From the human T2T-CHM13v2.0 reference genome, Homo sapiens, in assembly GCF_009914755.1 (NCBI RefSeq), contig NC_060931.1: a stretch of 64,000 nucleotides of DNA; one strand, 5' to 3'. Shown one piece after another: positions 25,985 through 39,344 of the stretch. Within the stretch, counting starts at the first letter, position 1; every line of letters begins with the position of its first letter. Made by a program: the position numbers and the translations under genes. The notes beneath the pieces are model-generated. The model was not told the origin of the DNA and ran no database searches. It was given only the letters and a program-made list of their open reading frames with translations.

Positions 25985-26033
25985 CCTAAATCCCAAATGC
26001 AAGGATTTTGTCCTAAATCCCAAATGCAAGGAT
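25985..26033 (+). repeat. Perfect 22-bp direct repeat with 5-bp spacer
   Basis: CCTAAATCCCAAATGCAAGGAT at 25985-26006 and 26012-26033. Confidence 0.97.
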
Positions 26034-26100
26034 CCCCTCCCTTTCCTCACAGAGTTCAGGTAGCTCCTCTTCCTTCTCCTCCCAGGTTCTATTCCCTCCT

Positions 26101-26520
26101 GTCTGAGTCCTCAGAGCACCCCGGAAGCGGGAGGGCCTCTGGTTGCTTTCGCGGCGGCAGGCTTTTCTAAGCCGGTTTCTCTGGAGGGTGCGGGCGGCTG
26201 CGGGTTCCAAGCTCGGGCTCTGAGCCGGGCCAGGCGCGCGCTTCCTAGTTCTAGCAGCAGAGGGCGCGCCTGTCATTGGAGAAGGAACCGCGCGGCCGCA
26301 GCCCCTTCCTCGCCGACCGCGTCACCTCCTGGCTGCCTGGGGACCGGCGCGGGAACCCCGGAGCAGTAGATTTGTGGAGGTCGACCCAGGTGGACGAAAG
26401 AGCTCGGCACACCGTGTGTCCCCAGGCCCGCTTCCTCCGTGCGCCTCTGTCATCTGCTCCATCTCCGGGAAGCAAAGGGACTTGGGGTGTGGCACAAAGA
26501 GCAGGGATGCAGCGGCCGGG
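26101..26520. promoter_or_regulatory. CpG island (non-repeat)
   Basis: About 38 CpG in 420 bp by hand count, GC-rich, against a CpG-depleted background. Confidence 0.85.
26252..26270 (+). promoter_or_regulatory. CTCF motif within the CpG island
   Basis: GCAGCAGAGGGCGC versus core CCAGCAGAGGGCGC (one mismatch). Confidence 0.65.
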
Positions 26521-27675
26521 TCACTTGGATGGTGTCCTCATCTGAGGCCAGGCCACACCTAGGCCTCCCCACACGCTGTTCCTATAGGAGTGCCACCAGG
26601 ACTCACTCCAAAAAGGAATGGACGGCGAGGGTTTGTAAATGGGACAGCACCCTGGGAGTGCAAAGCCTGGGACCGGTCCCGGTGGCCTTGGCCAGTCCTG
26701 GAGCCTCTATGTGCCCAGTTTCTGTGTAATGCAAAGACACTGAATGAGGAGATGGTCCCTAAAACCCCTCCCAGGGCCAGCATCTGGGATCTCATGCTTA
26801 CATCATCTTGTCCTTCCTTTCCGTGGACTCTGCCTGTTGGACAGAGTCCACTGACATGCACCTGCCAGAGCTGGGCGGGGAGGGGCCAAAGTTGTCCTCT
26901 GTGAAGTCATATGAGAGGCCTGAGAGCAGCAGGATCGGTCCTCCTGTGTCTCATCTCGCGTTCTTCCTGCTCACAGGAAACAGAATCCCTACCAAGTTTC
27001 CATCCTAGAGACAGTCGATGTGACTCATTTCATCCCCTGGTGGTCTTGGTTGGCCGCACTCATTGGGTGCAGTACCTCTGATGTGGGAGGCAGGGGTCGG
27101 TGGAGGGGAACCGCTTCCTCCACCGGGGGCCAGGTTGTGGGAAAGGCTGGGAAAACACACGCTCTGGAGCAGGCTCTTCTGTGAACTACCTTGGGCACAT
27201 GGGAGAAATCCTTCAGCATCCCTGAACCTTAGCCAGTCCATGAAACGAGAGGCTGGAGATGGTGTCCACATCCCTTTGCTGTTTTGATGTCTGCACTTGG
27301 TGAATCCTGGTCAAGCACACCTAACCTCTGCCTCTCTGGAGAAGGGAAACGAAGGAGGAGGAGGCAGGGGGAAAAGAGACCATTTAGGAGGAGAGCAGAA
27401 GTCAGAGGGGAGAAAGGTGGATGGGAGGATGCAGTGGGTGGATTTGCACCTGCTCAGAGGTGGGCAGCTGAGCTTTGAGGAATGTGCTTCCCTGCACTGC
27501 ATGGCGTGAGATGCTCTGTGTAGGGGATGGGCAGGAAGCGGGGGGTTCTGGTGAATTAGGAGAATATATCTTGGTAGAAATCCAAGTGTACTCTCGGTCC
27601 GTCCATCTAGACAGGATATAACCTCTTAGGACACTCAGAAACTGAAAATAGAGCATGTATGGCTCTGGAAGCAAG

Positions 27676-27677
<2 letters not shown>

Positions 27678-27706
<29 letters not shown>
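27678..27706 (+). repeat. (TG)~14 microsatellite
   Basis: Direct reading. Confidence 0.95.
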
Positions 27707-27709
<3 letters not shown>

Positions 27710-30700
27710 TGTTTATGATGTGCAAATGCACAAGCAATAGAAATACAAGCACCATGCAGATTGCATAGGTAGGCATCATCAATAAACATTTATTCGGCAC
27801 CTACACTCAGAAACTCACACACATTTACAAGCCCAACATATCCTGCTATACACATGTACAAAAAAGATCACATTGACCCCTAAGGCAAAGAACCGTTTGC
27901 TTGAAGAAGCTTCTCTTACAAGATATTAATAAAATACGCAGGCACATTTTAACTTTAAAAACTCTGGAGAAGGAAAGAAGGAGGGTGAAGAGATGGGGCT
28001 GGAGGGAGGAATGGGTAAGGCAGGCCTAATCACAAAGTACTTAGCCCATGCGTCTGGGCCTCTCTGTAAGCACCATATTTCACGATACCTTCAACCTGAT
28101 TTTCCAACTCATTGAAAACACTTGCCAGCTGCTGCTGAGTGACTCGATTTACTGTTTAAATGAGCTCACTCTAACAGGGCCCCTGGAAGGTAGTCCCTAA
28201 GGAGAGCTATGGGTGGAAATGGAGTTGGAGGCCCTAGATCTTGGAATTTTGACTGGGGAATGGGAGAAGGGAGAGTGGGGTAATCACCCAGGAGGGAGAG
28301 GGTGGGGCAGGCCAGGAGGGATGGTGAGAGTCTCTGGTGACTTCCATGGGCACATCTTGGATAGGAATTCTTTGTGGTGGGTAGTGTAAACTTTTTTCCA
28401 CCTCCATCACCCCACATGCAGACTCAAATATACAGACATGTGAAATGACATTCAGGGATTTCATAGTACCTCACAGGATGGCTCCCAGGAGCTGGTCCTC
28501 TTGCAGATATGTTAGCTATCTGCCTCTGCATTGATGAGCAGAGTGTTCCCTTGCAAGACCCCATCTGTCGTAAACACCACCCCCATGGGTCTGCCATGAT
28601 TCCCTCTGTTCTCTCAATCACTGTAATGTGGGTCCCTAATGCTGCAGGATGCTCCTCTCCCATTTTCCCCTCCTGTCCTTTTTTTCTGTCCTCCTCTGCC
28701 CATGACAGAAGCTTCTGGAAGAAAGAGAAGGCTCTCCTATTAGCACATTTGTATGAATAGATGGGTTTGACAGGGTGCTGGCATGCTGAAATGACAGATA
28801 ATACTCCCGGGAGGAACTGAGACACTGAGCAGCTAAGTTGTGATTAGAAAGCATGGGAGAATTTCCAGGAAGGTGAAGGCTGGCTGTTCCTGGTGAGGCA
28901 TCTGGGGACCTTGTCAGCCACAGGTCAGATACTGACCCCTTCGGCTGGTTAATTCGGTCCTTTCCCATTGTAGCCCATAATCAGTCCACAGTCTGGGATC
29001 AAAGTTTAGCAAGTCCTCCATGTTTTTCCCACAGAGACAGGGGACCTCAGGACCCCACTATTAGAGACCCCTCAATCTTTGCCTTCAACTCTGAAGCCAG
29101 ACCCAGATCTGTACGGGCTGAGAGAAAATCTTCAGGGAAACCTTTTGCCTTTGTAGCCATGCAAGTTGCAACCCCAGGCTGTGGGGCTGGGCTTCTCCAT
29201 CTGGTTATGTGGGGATCTCATCATCAGAACTCATCTATATTACCCAGATTGGGTGACTCTGGATTAGCCAGGTGGTGTGGAGGAGGCCTGCTCTTTCCCC
29301 GCTCCCTCCCTGGGGCATCTGCCTTCAAGGTTTGATCTGCTGTCGGCCCCTCCTCCTTGCTCCTAAGCTCCCAAGCTCCCTAACTTCACTTAATCAGCTT
29401 CCTCTGCTGCCTCTCATTTCCAGCAGGGTGTGGCTGTGCTAGGAAAGAGACTTGGCCCACAGCCTCACAGTGATTCAGAAGACGCTGGGTGAGGACCTCT
29501 GTGTCCCTGCTCCAAGGACCCTGAGATGACCCATCCCAGGACACTCAATCCTGCCTGCAGATGCTAGGCTCTGAGGAGATGCCTGCTATAGCACCAGCAC
29601 ATTCTGCAGACATGTTTTGAAATGTGTTAATAAATAACTGGAGAACAGTATCTATACAATTACCTAGATTTGCCTGAACTTTACAGGGCAACTAAACAAA
29701 CAGACATACGTTCGCAGAAAGGCCACAGTACAGAAGACAAACCGAGGCTTGGTCACCCTGAGGATCAGCAGCCGGATCTTTTTCTGAAACAAATTTCCTG
29801 CTAGAGAATCCCTGATCTCTGTGATGCAGTATTTCCCTAGTTTTTATTTCTACTTCAACGAGGCACCTCAATGTCAGTTTCCTTTGGGAAAAGAAAATCA
29901 AATGTCCCCACAGCTTTTGCCCAATTGTGAAGGAAAATTTCAGCATTGATTGTCTGTCTGGACTCTTGTGGGGAGGAGGCCAGTGGGCCTAGTAAGACCC
30001 TTAGAACACCTGGGCTGTCTAGCCTTAAGGAAACCAGACCTGCCAGGAAAGCAGAAAAGCTGTGAAGAGATTTTTCTCTGCCTTCCTCGGGGGATAATCT
30101 TCCAGAGCAACAATGCACCATGTATTTACAGAAAACTTATTATGTTCAAGGTGCTGGGAGAAGCTAGTTGCAGATACTTAGAGCAGTAAGGCTTTAAGTT
30201 AGACATAAGGAAGGACTTCCAGCTATTGGTATTGATATAGTAGGACCCAAGCTTACTTCACAGCTTGCATCATCAGGGAAGGATGAGATCATTCTTGAGA
30301 ACATTTTGAATAAAGGCTTAGAGGGACTGAATATTGAACGATCCTGTTAACATTTCTCCCGGTCCTCCTCCTGCTTTCCAGGATGATACTGGTGTATGAT
30401 TTTTACTTAAAGCCCTCCCCCATCCCCACAGAGACACCTGGAGCCTGGCGGGCCTTGGCATCAGTGGCTGTTGTCATGGCGGGGAGAGCTGAGGTGACCT
30501 CTGTGACTGCCCTGGGCACAAGGACCGTCGTTCTGTGAATCCTCCCTAAGCCCGCTGGCGGGGCCCCTTTGCTGCCACTGCAAGTCAGGTTTCCCAGCTC
30601 AAGTAAATTCTGGAGGGGATTGACCTAATTTCCAGAGTCTAAGGGGTGACAAAAAGCCCCAGTCAAAACTCCTGTAAGTGGGTGATAAACAGTCTCTATT

Positions 30701-31084
30701 AGAAAAAATAAATAACATCTCCAAAGGAGAGCAGGCTTCCTAAGACCCCCTTGCCTTTCAGAGAGACAGCTGTCTCCTGGGAGGAGGACTCCCTGAGCCT
30801 CCCGCTTCAGCCGCTCCAGAGGAAAGGTTTGCCTTGCTGTCTCACTGCAGCGCTAGCTGCTCACCATTTTCACCGACCGCCGCAGCCTCCTGATGGACCC
30901 CACAGCAGGAAGAGGCTGTGGGAGAGGTCTCCACCCTTCAAGGTGGGGCTGACAGTGGTGCTTGGCCTTTAGAGTTGAAATGTATTGGTTCTCTGCCTTG
31001 GGAGGAACAATCACTCTCTCTCTCTCTGTCTCTCTCTATTTCTGTCTGTCTCTCTCTCAAACACACATACACATACACTGAGAC

Positions 31085-31210
31085 AGCTATCATCATACCT
31101 AATTTACATATTATGGAAACCGAGGCCCAGAGAGGTTAAATAACTTGCGTGGTTTTGTCCAGCTATTAAGTGGGCAAAGCTAGAATTAGAATTGAAGCCC
31201 AGTGACAGCT
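31085..31210 (-). mobile_element. MIR
   Basis: ggaaaccgaggcccagagaggttaaataacttgc MIR core. Confidence 0.75.
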
Positions 31211-31229
31211 TTCAAATCAAGTTCTTTCC

Positions 31230-31385
31230 CCTATTCTGGAGCTGCAGCAACTTTAATAAGCATAAGAAGTACTTTGGGATCTTGTTCAAATGCAAGTTCT
31301 GCAGGTCTAGGGTGGGGTGGAGATTCTGCATTTGCAGTAAGTTCCCAAGTAGCAGGGTGTGCTACAAACACCTCAAAGCTGCAGA
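31230..31385. mobile_element. MER5A-like fragment
   Basis: gatcttgttcaaatgca...caggtctagggtgggg...gagattctgcatttgcagtaagttcccaagt. Confidence 0.6.
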
Positions 31386-31903
31386 CCCTGGGGAACAGTC
31401 CCCATAGAATAGGAGGCGGGAATCATTCTGGAAAATAGGGAGACATAAATACCCAGACAAGCTTAGGTCTCCAAGGAGGCAGGGAGATCAGGAGTGGGAG
31501 GAAAGGGCAGTCTGTCTCTCTTTCCTTAGAAGACTTCGTGGTTTGAACATTGCCTTGGTTAGATTTCCTGATATGGGTACAACTTGTGCTGATCTCAGTG
31601 GGAATCTGGAGCCAGAGATGACCAGGAATAGAGGGGGATAACATCTGCCAAGTTCCATTCCTGGTTCAAAATTCTAACTTGCCAGCTTGTTCATTCATCT
31701 AATGACTCAGACCTGATGGCAGATTGAATTTTCCAAAAATGACTGCAACAATATCTTCCATCCCACATGTTATTCTTACAGTGGGACTTTCCATCTAGAG
31801 GTAGGACCTGTATTTCTTCCCCATGAATCTGAGTGGATGTGCAGTTATAGTTGAAGTGATGCTATGGGACTTCAGAGGCTAGGTCATAAAAGGCAATACA
31901 TTA

Positions 31904-32211
<308 letters not shown>

Positions 32212-32487
32212 TGGCAATACATTTTCCACTTGGCTCTGTTGGGACACTTGTTCTTGGAATCCAGCCACCATGTTGTGAGGAAGCCCAAGCAGTCACATGG
32301 GGAGGCCATGTGGAGGTGTTGTGGCCAACAGCCCCAGGTGATGCCCCAGCCAACAGCCAGGTGTGTCAGTGAACAGGTTTTTAGATGATTCCAGTACGTA
32401 GTCACTGAGTCATCTCAGCCTTTGACTCTTTCCAGCTGAGCCCTCAGACATTGTGGAGCAGAGAGAAGAAATTCTTGCCTTGTCCTG

Positions 32488-32853
32488 TGATATGGTTTGG
32501 CTCTGTGTCCCCACTCAAATCACATCTCTAATTGTAATCCCCACATGTTAAACGAGGGACCTGGTGGGAGGTGATTGGATCATGGGGGTGGTTTCCCCCA
32601 TGCTGTTCTCATGATAGTGAGTGAGTTCTCACGAGATCTGATGGTTTTATAAGTGTTAGGCTGTTCCTCCACTCTCTCCTTTTCTTGCTGCCTTGTGAAG
32701 AAAGTACTTGCTTTTCCTTCACCTTCTGCCGTGATTGTAAGTTTACTGAGGCCTTCCCAGCCATACAGGACTGTGAGTTGATTAAACTTCTTTCCTTCAT
32801 AGATTACCCAGTCTCGGATATTTTTTATAGCAGTGTGAAAACAGACTAATACA
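32488..32853 (+). mobile_element. THE1D solo LTR
   Basis: TGATATGGTTTGGCTCTGTGTCCCC...ggtgattggatcatggg...gtgagtgagttctcacgagatctg...GACTAATACA. Confidence 0.9.
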
Positions 32854-32921
32854 CCTTGTTTGAATTCTTGACCAGCAGAATCCTTGAGCATAAAAAAGCG
32901 TTGTTTAAAACGCTGATGCGT

Positions 32922-33213
32922 GGCCAGGCAAGGTGGCTCATGCCTGTAATCCCAGCACTTTGGGAGGTCGAGGAGGGCAAATCACCTGAGGTCAGGACTT
33001 CGAGACCACCTGACCAACATAGAGAAACCCCATCTCTACTAAAAACACAAAAATCAACCAGGTGGCAGGCACCTGCAATCGCAGCTACTTGGGAGGCCAA
33101 GGCAGGAGAATCGCTTGAACACAGGAGGTGGAGGTTGCGGTGAGCCAAGATCATGACACTTCACTCCAGCCTGGGCGACAGAGCCGAGACTCCACCTCCA
33201 AAAGAAAAAAAAA
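32922..33213 (+). mobile_element. AluS (Sx/Sz-like)
   Basis: Full dimer; TSD containing GCTGATGC. Confidence 0.95.
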
Positions 33214-34532
33214 GCTGATGCATTTGTGGTGGTGTGTGACACAGCAACAGCAACCCACGCTAGCCCCAAAGCAGGGACTGCCTGAGGCGGTGTGGGTGAC
33301 AGGGCTCAGGAGGGATTTATAAACAGGTTGGAAAGTGGGTTAACTCCTGTGTTCATGTGCACTTTACACGTTCAAAGATGCTTTTCCATACTATGGATGC
33401 CTCAACAATTCTCATTTTACAGATGGGAAAACCCTGTTTTCAGATGATTTTCATGCTGAGGCTTATGAAGGTTAAGTCGTTGTCAAAGGTCACGCAGGGG
33501 CTGAGGTTGCACCAGGATGACTCCCAGGTCTGACTCCAGAATCAAACCTCTTTCCATTAAAGCTGTGCTGCCTCAGTTCCTGGCCTCGCTCAGTCCTTGG
33601 CAAATAAAACGTCACTCACTGCCTGGTGCAAAACCACGGATGGCTGGAGCCCTCCCCTCGACATAATGAGTTTGAATTTTGTGCCTTTAGTACCTATCAT
33701 GCAAGAAGAAAAATCTCGAGCGTTGTTTAATAAACAGAGTCAGAGGGAAGCGATAGAATAGGGCAGGTGTTATTTATCAAATGTAGGAAATAGTTTAATC
33801 AGGAAAAATCAATCCTGGGGTGACTATTTTCAGGAGGGTGAGGATTAGTGTGAGGACTGAGCTCATCGGTGCTCCAGGATTTGAGAGGGGCTGCAGATGG
33901 GGAGCAGGTGTTGGGGTATTTGAGCCTAGCTGGTATCAGGTATTTTTCCCACTTTCTTTGTATCTGCAGAATCTCTCCACAGACTCTGTGACTCAGCACT
34001 TGTGGCTCCCAGGCTGTGGCCTTCATTACCTCCGAGTAAGGTGGCAGACTGGTGACCCCCAGCTCTCTCAGGCACATTGTTCCTGCTGTGATTTCAAAGA
34101 TGACTGTCAGGTGCTTGTGGACAAAGTGTCCCTGTCCAGTTTGCCTCTGGCCACAGCTCCCAGCCCTTCACGTATCCCATCCCTGGCTCCTGATAGTGTT
34201 TGAATCTTGATGCCATGATATGACCCCACCTTCTTCCTAGCACAGGAGTCTTTGAGCAGAGCTGGTCGGAACCCACGCCACAGAAGCAGCCGTGGGAGGG
34301 TGCAGGGCCTGTGCTCTGGGGAGAGGAGTTTTATTCAGACTCCCTCTCTGGTGGGATTGCACCTCTCAAATTCCTGGCAGGATGGGACCGAAGTAGTCAC
34401 CCTTCCCCAGAGTCTCATGTGGGGAATGCTCCCTTTCCTGGCATCCTATCTCTGGGTTTCTGGTTGGAAGGGATACTTCTGTCTCCCCCAAACTCTTCTG
34501 CATCATGCCTTCTAGCCAGCAACTGGACACGA

Positions 34533-34850
34533 TGGGATGGTCATTTGTATGTGTCAGCTTGGTAAGGCTGCAATGTTAGACACTAACCATGGTGTTTCAT
34601 AGATGGGGTTAGCATCTACTGTCAGCTCACTTCAACTGATGGAGATTGCCCTCTATCATGTGGCGGGGCCTGATCCAATTGATTGAAGGCTTTAAGAGCA
34701 AAAACTAAAGTTTTTCCAGGAAAGAAGAAATTCTCCCTCAAGACTGCAGCATGAATTCCTGCCTGAGTTTCCAGCCTGCCCTGCAGATTTCATACTTGCC
34801 AACTCTAAAATCACATAGACCAATTTCTCAAAACAAATGAAAAGTAAATA

Positions 34851-34891
<41 letters not shown>

Positions 34892-34930
34892 CTGCTGGTT
34901 CTGTTTCTCTGGGGAACCCTGGCTGATACA
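34533..34930 (+). mobile_element. MLT2 (ERVL) solo LTR with internal (CA)n at 34856-34888
   Basis: tgggatggtcatttgtatgtgtcagcttgg...gaagaaattctccctcaagactgcagc...ggttctgtttctctggggaaccctggctgataca. Confidence 0.85.
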
Positions 34931-36845
34931 GACAAACCCCTGAGCATAACATTTTTATTCTCCTTAGCAACTCTGACCCAGGAATGGCAGGTGTGATGAC
35001 ATTGGTGGTGGAGGTGGGGGGAAGGTTGAGGCTGACATGCAAACACACATGCACACACATACATTTTTTGAGCCTGTGTCATGTGGACATTATCTGCTGC
35101 ACGTAGTAAAGAGGGAGGGTCTGCTGGGAAGAGCACTGGACTGGGGAGCCAAAGGCCAGAGCTCAGGTCTTGATTCATGACATTTACTGTTCTTCTGTAG
35201 AACTGGGGGGAATTCCAAGAATGATCAGGGAAACCAAATAAAATATAAAAGTTACAGCATTTTGTAAAGCACTATGCAAATGTCATTTGGTATCTCTTAA
35301 TTTTTTAAAATGCAGATTCATTCCACAAATGATCTAAGTTAATTATTTTTGAGAGAGAATCTGACCAATAGGTGGAAATGGACTTGGCTATCTTCCCTCT
35401 GAGTGACAGTTCAGCACTGTAAAATGAGAAGAGAAAAAACTGGGGGCCATTTGTCTGAACCAAAGGAAACTGTCAACAGACTTTAAAAGAGTTTTATCAA
35501 GGATGTAAATATGAGGTTATTGAACTTGCTAGAAGGTGGTATTGGGGAAGGAAAGATTCCCACTGGAAGGGGCTTTGACAGGTATTTGGGCTGTGGGATG
35601 TTTGAGAGAGAAGGGGCAGATCTAGCCCCTGTGGTCCTCCTGTTCCCCATCATTTCTTTGCCTTCCTTATCTTGATGTTTCAGAGCCAACCCGACAGCGA
35701 CATCTTTGCACCCTCAGCAGAGGGTGGGAGCTGTAGGCAGTTGGTAGGGCTGAGGCTTGTCCTGGGAAGGAGAAAGAGGGTCCACATGGCCAGCTAGAAT
35801 GCTTAGAGGATTCTCTGCAAAGTGCCCTGTGCCCCTACTCCATATACATGCCCTAGGACCCTAGGGTCTGATTTTTAACTCCTCAGTTGCCTGTCTCTTA
35901 GACTAGCCTATGAATGTTATGTGGTCAGAGGCCATCATGACCTGTATCCTGGCACATAATGTTTAATGAATAAATAAATGAAGTCCCAAGGATGCTCAAG
36001 CTGCAGGTCATCATTCATTACAGTCATACTCCTGTGTGCACTGCATCAGGAGCCCTGTGGGAAAGTGATAGAGGAAAGGAGGGGAAAGGGAGGGGAGGGA
36101 AAAAGTAGGGGAGATAATTAACTAAACAAAGAAGGAAAATAATTTCTATCCTCCGGGGATTTACAACTTCCACTTGAGGAGGTCAGATATACTCACACAA
36201 TGCTAACAGTTTGCTCCTATAAAACATAATGAGTTTCATCCTACAGCATCTCACTGTAAGAGAATTAGCAGCCAGCCCGTGTGCAAGCAAAGGCAGTCTC
36301 TTGAGAAACAAACCTGGAGGTGCCAGGGCAGAGGAGACCAAGTCCATCCTGGATGGGGTAAGGCTGGGTTAATGAGGATTAAACCTAGAGGGAGTGCAAT
36401 TGGAAAGGGCATCTGAGTGGAGTGTTGGCCATTCTCTGAGCTCAGAGTACACAGGCAAGCTGGGAAAAAGCCCTCTGAATCCAGCCAAGACTGATGTCTC
36501 AGATCCTGCCCATCTCAAGCTGTCAGGGACCTTCTCCCTTACAGCACATTCAGACGGCACAGCCTTGCATTAATTTAGAGCTAATTGTCAGGTAATGAAT
36601 TCGATTTGGCTCACCATATTGAAATCCCTTCTGCTCCCAGCTGAACACCAGTAAATCATTTGCATCACAAATCTTCTCTTTGCTGGATGCTCAGCTTGCC
36701 CAAGCTGTTGTTCAGACCCTTCCTGCCTCCCCACATTCACTGATCTTTGAAAGCAGCTGAAAATCATATCTCCTTGTTAGAGCCACAAAGCTGAGACTCA
36801 CACAAGAAAACTGAGTTGGGGTAAGTGTCTTTGAATAGCCTAGAA

Positions 36846-37033
36846 CAATGGTTCTCCAAGTTTGGTCCCCTGAACCAGCAGCATCAGCATCCTACTAACT
36901 CATTACAAATGCACATTTTCAGGGCCCACCCCAAGCTAATGGAATCAGTAACTCTGGGGTTGGGGCCCAGCAGTCTGTGTTTGAAAAGACTCTCCAGGTG
37001 ATGCTGATGCACACTCAAATTTGAGAACCACTA
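36846..37033. mobile_element. MER5A
   Basis: caatggttctccaag...accagcagcatcagcatc...ccaggtgatgctgatgcac...tttgagaaccact. Confidence 0.9.
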
Positions 37034-37034
37034 G

Positions 37035-37398
37035 TGATATGGTTTGGCTTTGTCTCCCCACCCAAATCTCATCTTGTAGCTCTTATAACTCCCACGTGTT
37101 GTGGGAGGGACCTGGTGGGAGACGATTGAATCATGGGGGCAGGTCTTTTCAGTGCTGTTCTCGTGATAGTAAATGGGTCTCACGAGATCTGATGGGTTTA
37201 AAAATGGGAGCGTCTCTACACAGGCTCTTTTTGCCTGCTGCCATCCACGTAGGAGGTGGCTTGTTCTTCCTTGCCTTCTGCCATAACTGTGAGGCGTCCC
37301 CAGCCATGTGGAACTGTAAGTCCAATACACCGTTTTCTTTTGTAAATTGACCAGTCATGGGTATATCTTTATCAGCAGTGTGAAAACAGACTAATGCA
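37035..37398 (+). mobile_element. THE1A solo LTR
   Basis: THE1A-type blocks tcttgtagctc, aatgggtctcacgag, gctgccatccacgt, gtaagtccaat; TSD ACTAG/ACTAA. Confidence 0.9.
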
Positions 37399-37539
37399 AC
37401 TAAGTCTCTTAAAACATCCACTAGATCCACCAGAAATCAGTGATTCTTCTCCATTCACTTCAACTCCCTGCAAGACCAGCTTCTCTTTCAGGTTTCTGGA
37501 TTTTCTTAGGGGTTCTGAATTTATTTTCTACCTCTGAAT

Positions 37540-38026
37540 TAGCTAGAATTAGGTTCAGTTTGGGGGAAAAAGACAGCTATAAGTGACTTAAACAAGTCAG
37601 AAGTTCATATCTCTAATGTAAAGAAGTTGGTAGTAGGCCATCCAAAACTAGTGTTGTTTTGACAAGAACATGCTATGTTGCAGCTCTGCCAGCCTTAACA
37701 TGCTGCCTCATGGCCCAGGATGTCTGCTCAGGGTCCAGCCATCACATCTGCATTCCAGCAGAAAAAAAGAAAGGAAGGGAGAAGGGCATGCTTATTTCTT
37801 TACAGAAACTTCCCGGGAGTTGCACACAGCACTTTCATCTTAAATCTCATTGGCCAAAACTCAGTCATTTAGCCATATTTGGCTGCAAAGGAGGCTGGGA
37901 AATATAGTTCTTACTCTGGGTATTCATGTACCCAGTGGGGAAAAATCAGGAAATCTATTTTTGAGGAAAAAAGGGAGATCATATATTGGCATAGACAACT
38001 AGCCACAAACAATGATCTGTGCCACA
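37540..38026 (-). mobile_element. MLT1J-like LTR
   Basis: ccagccatcacatctgcattccagc...atctcattggccaaaactcagtca...gctgcaaaggaggctgggaaat...ctgtgccaca. Confidence 0.75.
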
Positions 38027-38929
38027 ATTTCTGAGACGTATTTCTGCTTCAAAGTCTTCAAAGTTCTCCATGTTCTTTACATTCTTCAATGCGGGCTTCA
38101 CAACACATTTATTTCAGGAAGCCTTTTTCGATCACTCTGAGCACTGCTTTTCCTGACAGCCCCCACGCCTGTAGCCCACTACATTCAATTGCCACTGCCT
38201 GCTGATCCATCTAATTTCCATGGAGTCGTGATCCACCGTCAGACAGTAAGAGCCTAGGAGCACGTGTGTGGGCGGCTTCGCAGCTGGTATTTGTGGAGCT
38301 GTGGGGAGTCTGTTAGCTCCTCCAAGGCCTGTCTCCTCACCTGTAAAAGGAGGGGACTGTAGGTGGTCCCTGAGTGCCTCCCAGCTCTAACATGCCACAC
38401 TGCTCTTTTTTTCGATTCCTTCCCAATGTTGTTGATGGTCCTTGAGGTGGGGAGGCAGTGGGGCCTGACCAGTTAATGAGCAGAAGAACTCAGGGAGCAC
38501 TGATGATTCATGAAGGCATGGATTGCAAAGGCAGGAAGTACGGCTCAGGGCTTGATTTGGATGATGGCTTTAGGGAAACCGGTTCTGGAAGTGAGAAATG
38601 TGATTTGTATTCAAATTAGGGGAATCCATGGAGAATCCTATAAGTTTGGTGCTGATAGGGAGATCATTTATCTGAAATTGCCACTCCTTGCCTCAAACTC
38701 CTTCCCATCTAGGTCTATCTTAGCCATAAAAACTTAAGACTTTAAAAAACAGACCAGCCTGAGGTCCACAGAGAAGAAAGGTAATTTACCTAAAGTCTTA
38801 CAAGCAAAGAGTGAAATGACAGAATTGATGCCTCCCTGAATATGACCTAAGAGTCACTAAAAGGTCATCATCAGTCCACGGCCCTCCCCTTACTCCTAAA
38901 TGATCCTGGCTGGAAGAGTGACTCCACTG

Positions 38930-39130
38930 GAGTTTTCCTGCAGTCGGAGAAAAATTGAAACCCCAGCTCTTCCACTGACTTGTTGTGAGGTCTTGAATGA
39001 GACACTTGACCTCTAGAAACTGCAGTTTTCTTATCTGTTAAATAGGGGCAATAACCACTTTGATTCTTAGGAGGATTAGACATATTTACATCAAGTCCCT
39101 GACACTTCTGCAGGTGTACATTAAACTTTA
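38930..39130 (+). mobile_element. MIR
   Basis: cccagctcttccactgact...cacttgacctct...cagttttcttatctgttaaatagggg. Confidence 0.7.
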
Positions 39131-39344
39131 TTTCCTTTCTGGAGATTCTTAGGCATTATAGTCCGCTGAAGAGTTTTCTCATCAGGTAAATTAGACGTAG
39201 ACCTCCATATATTTAAGTATCTGTTTAGCTGAGAAACTGCTAACTGCTCTCAGGACAAATTCAACTAACAATAACACTGAGCTCCAAGATAAGCCTGGGT
39301 CCCCAAACTTAAGGTCTGTGGTCAGAGCAGGGAAGGGCAAAGGA

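Noticed and set aside
26669-26680. 12-bp palindrome GGGACCGGTCCC
   Set aside because: Too short to exceed chance expectation in a window of this size
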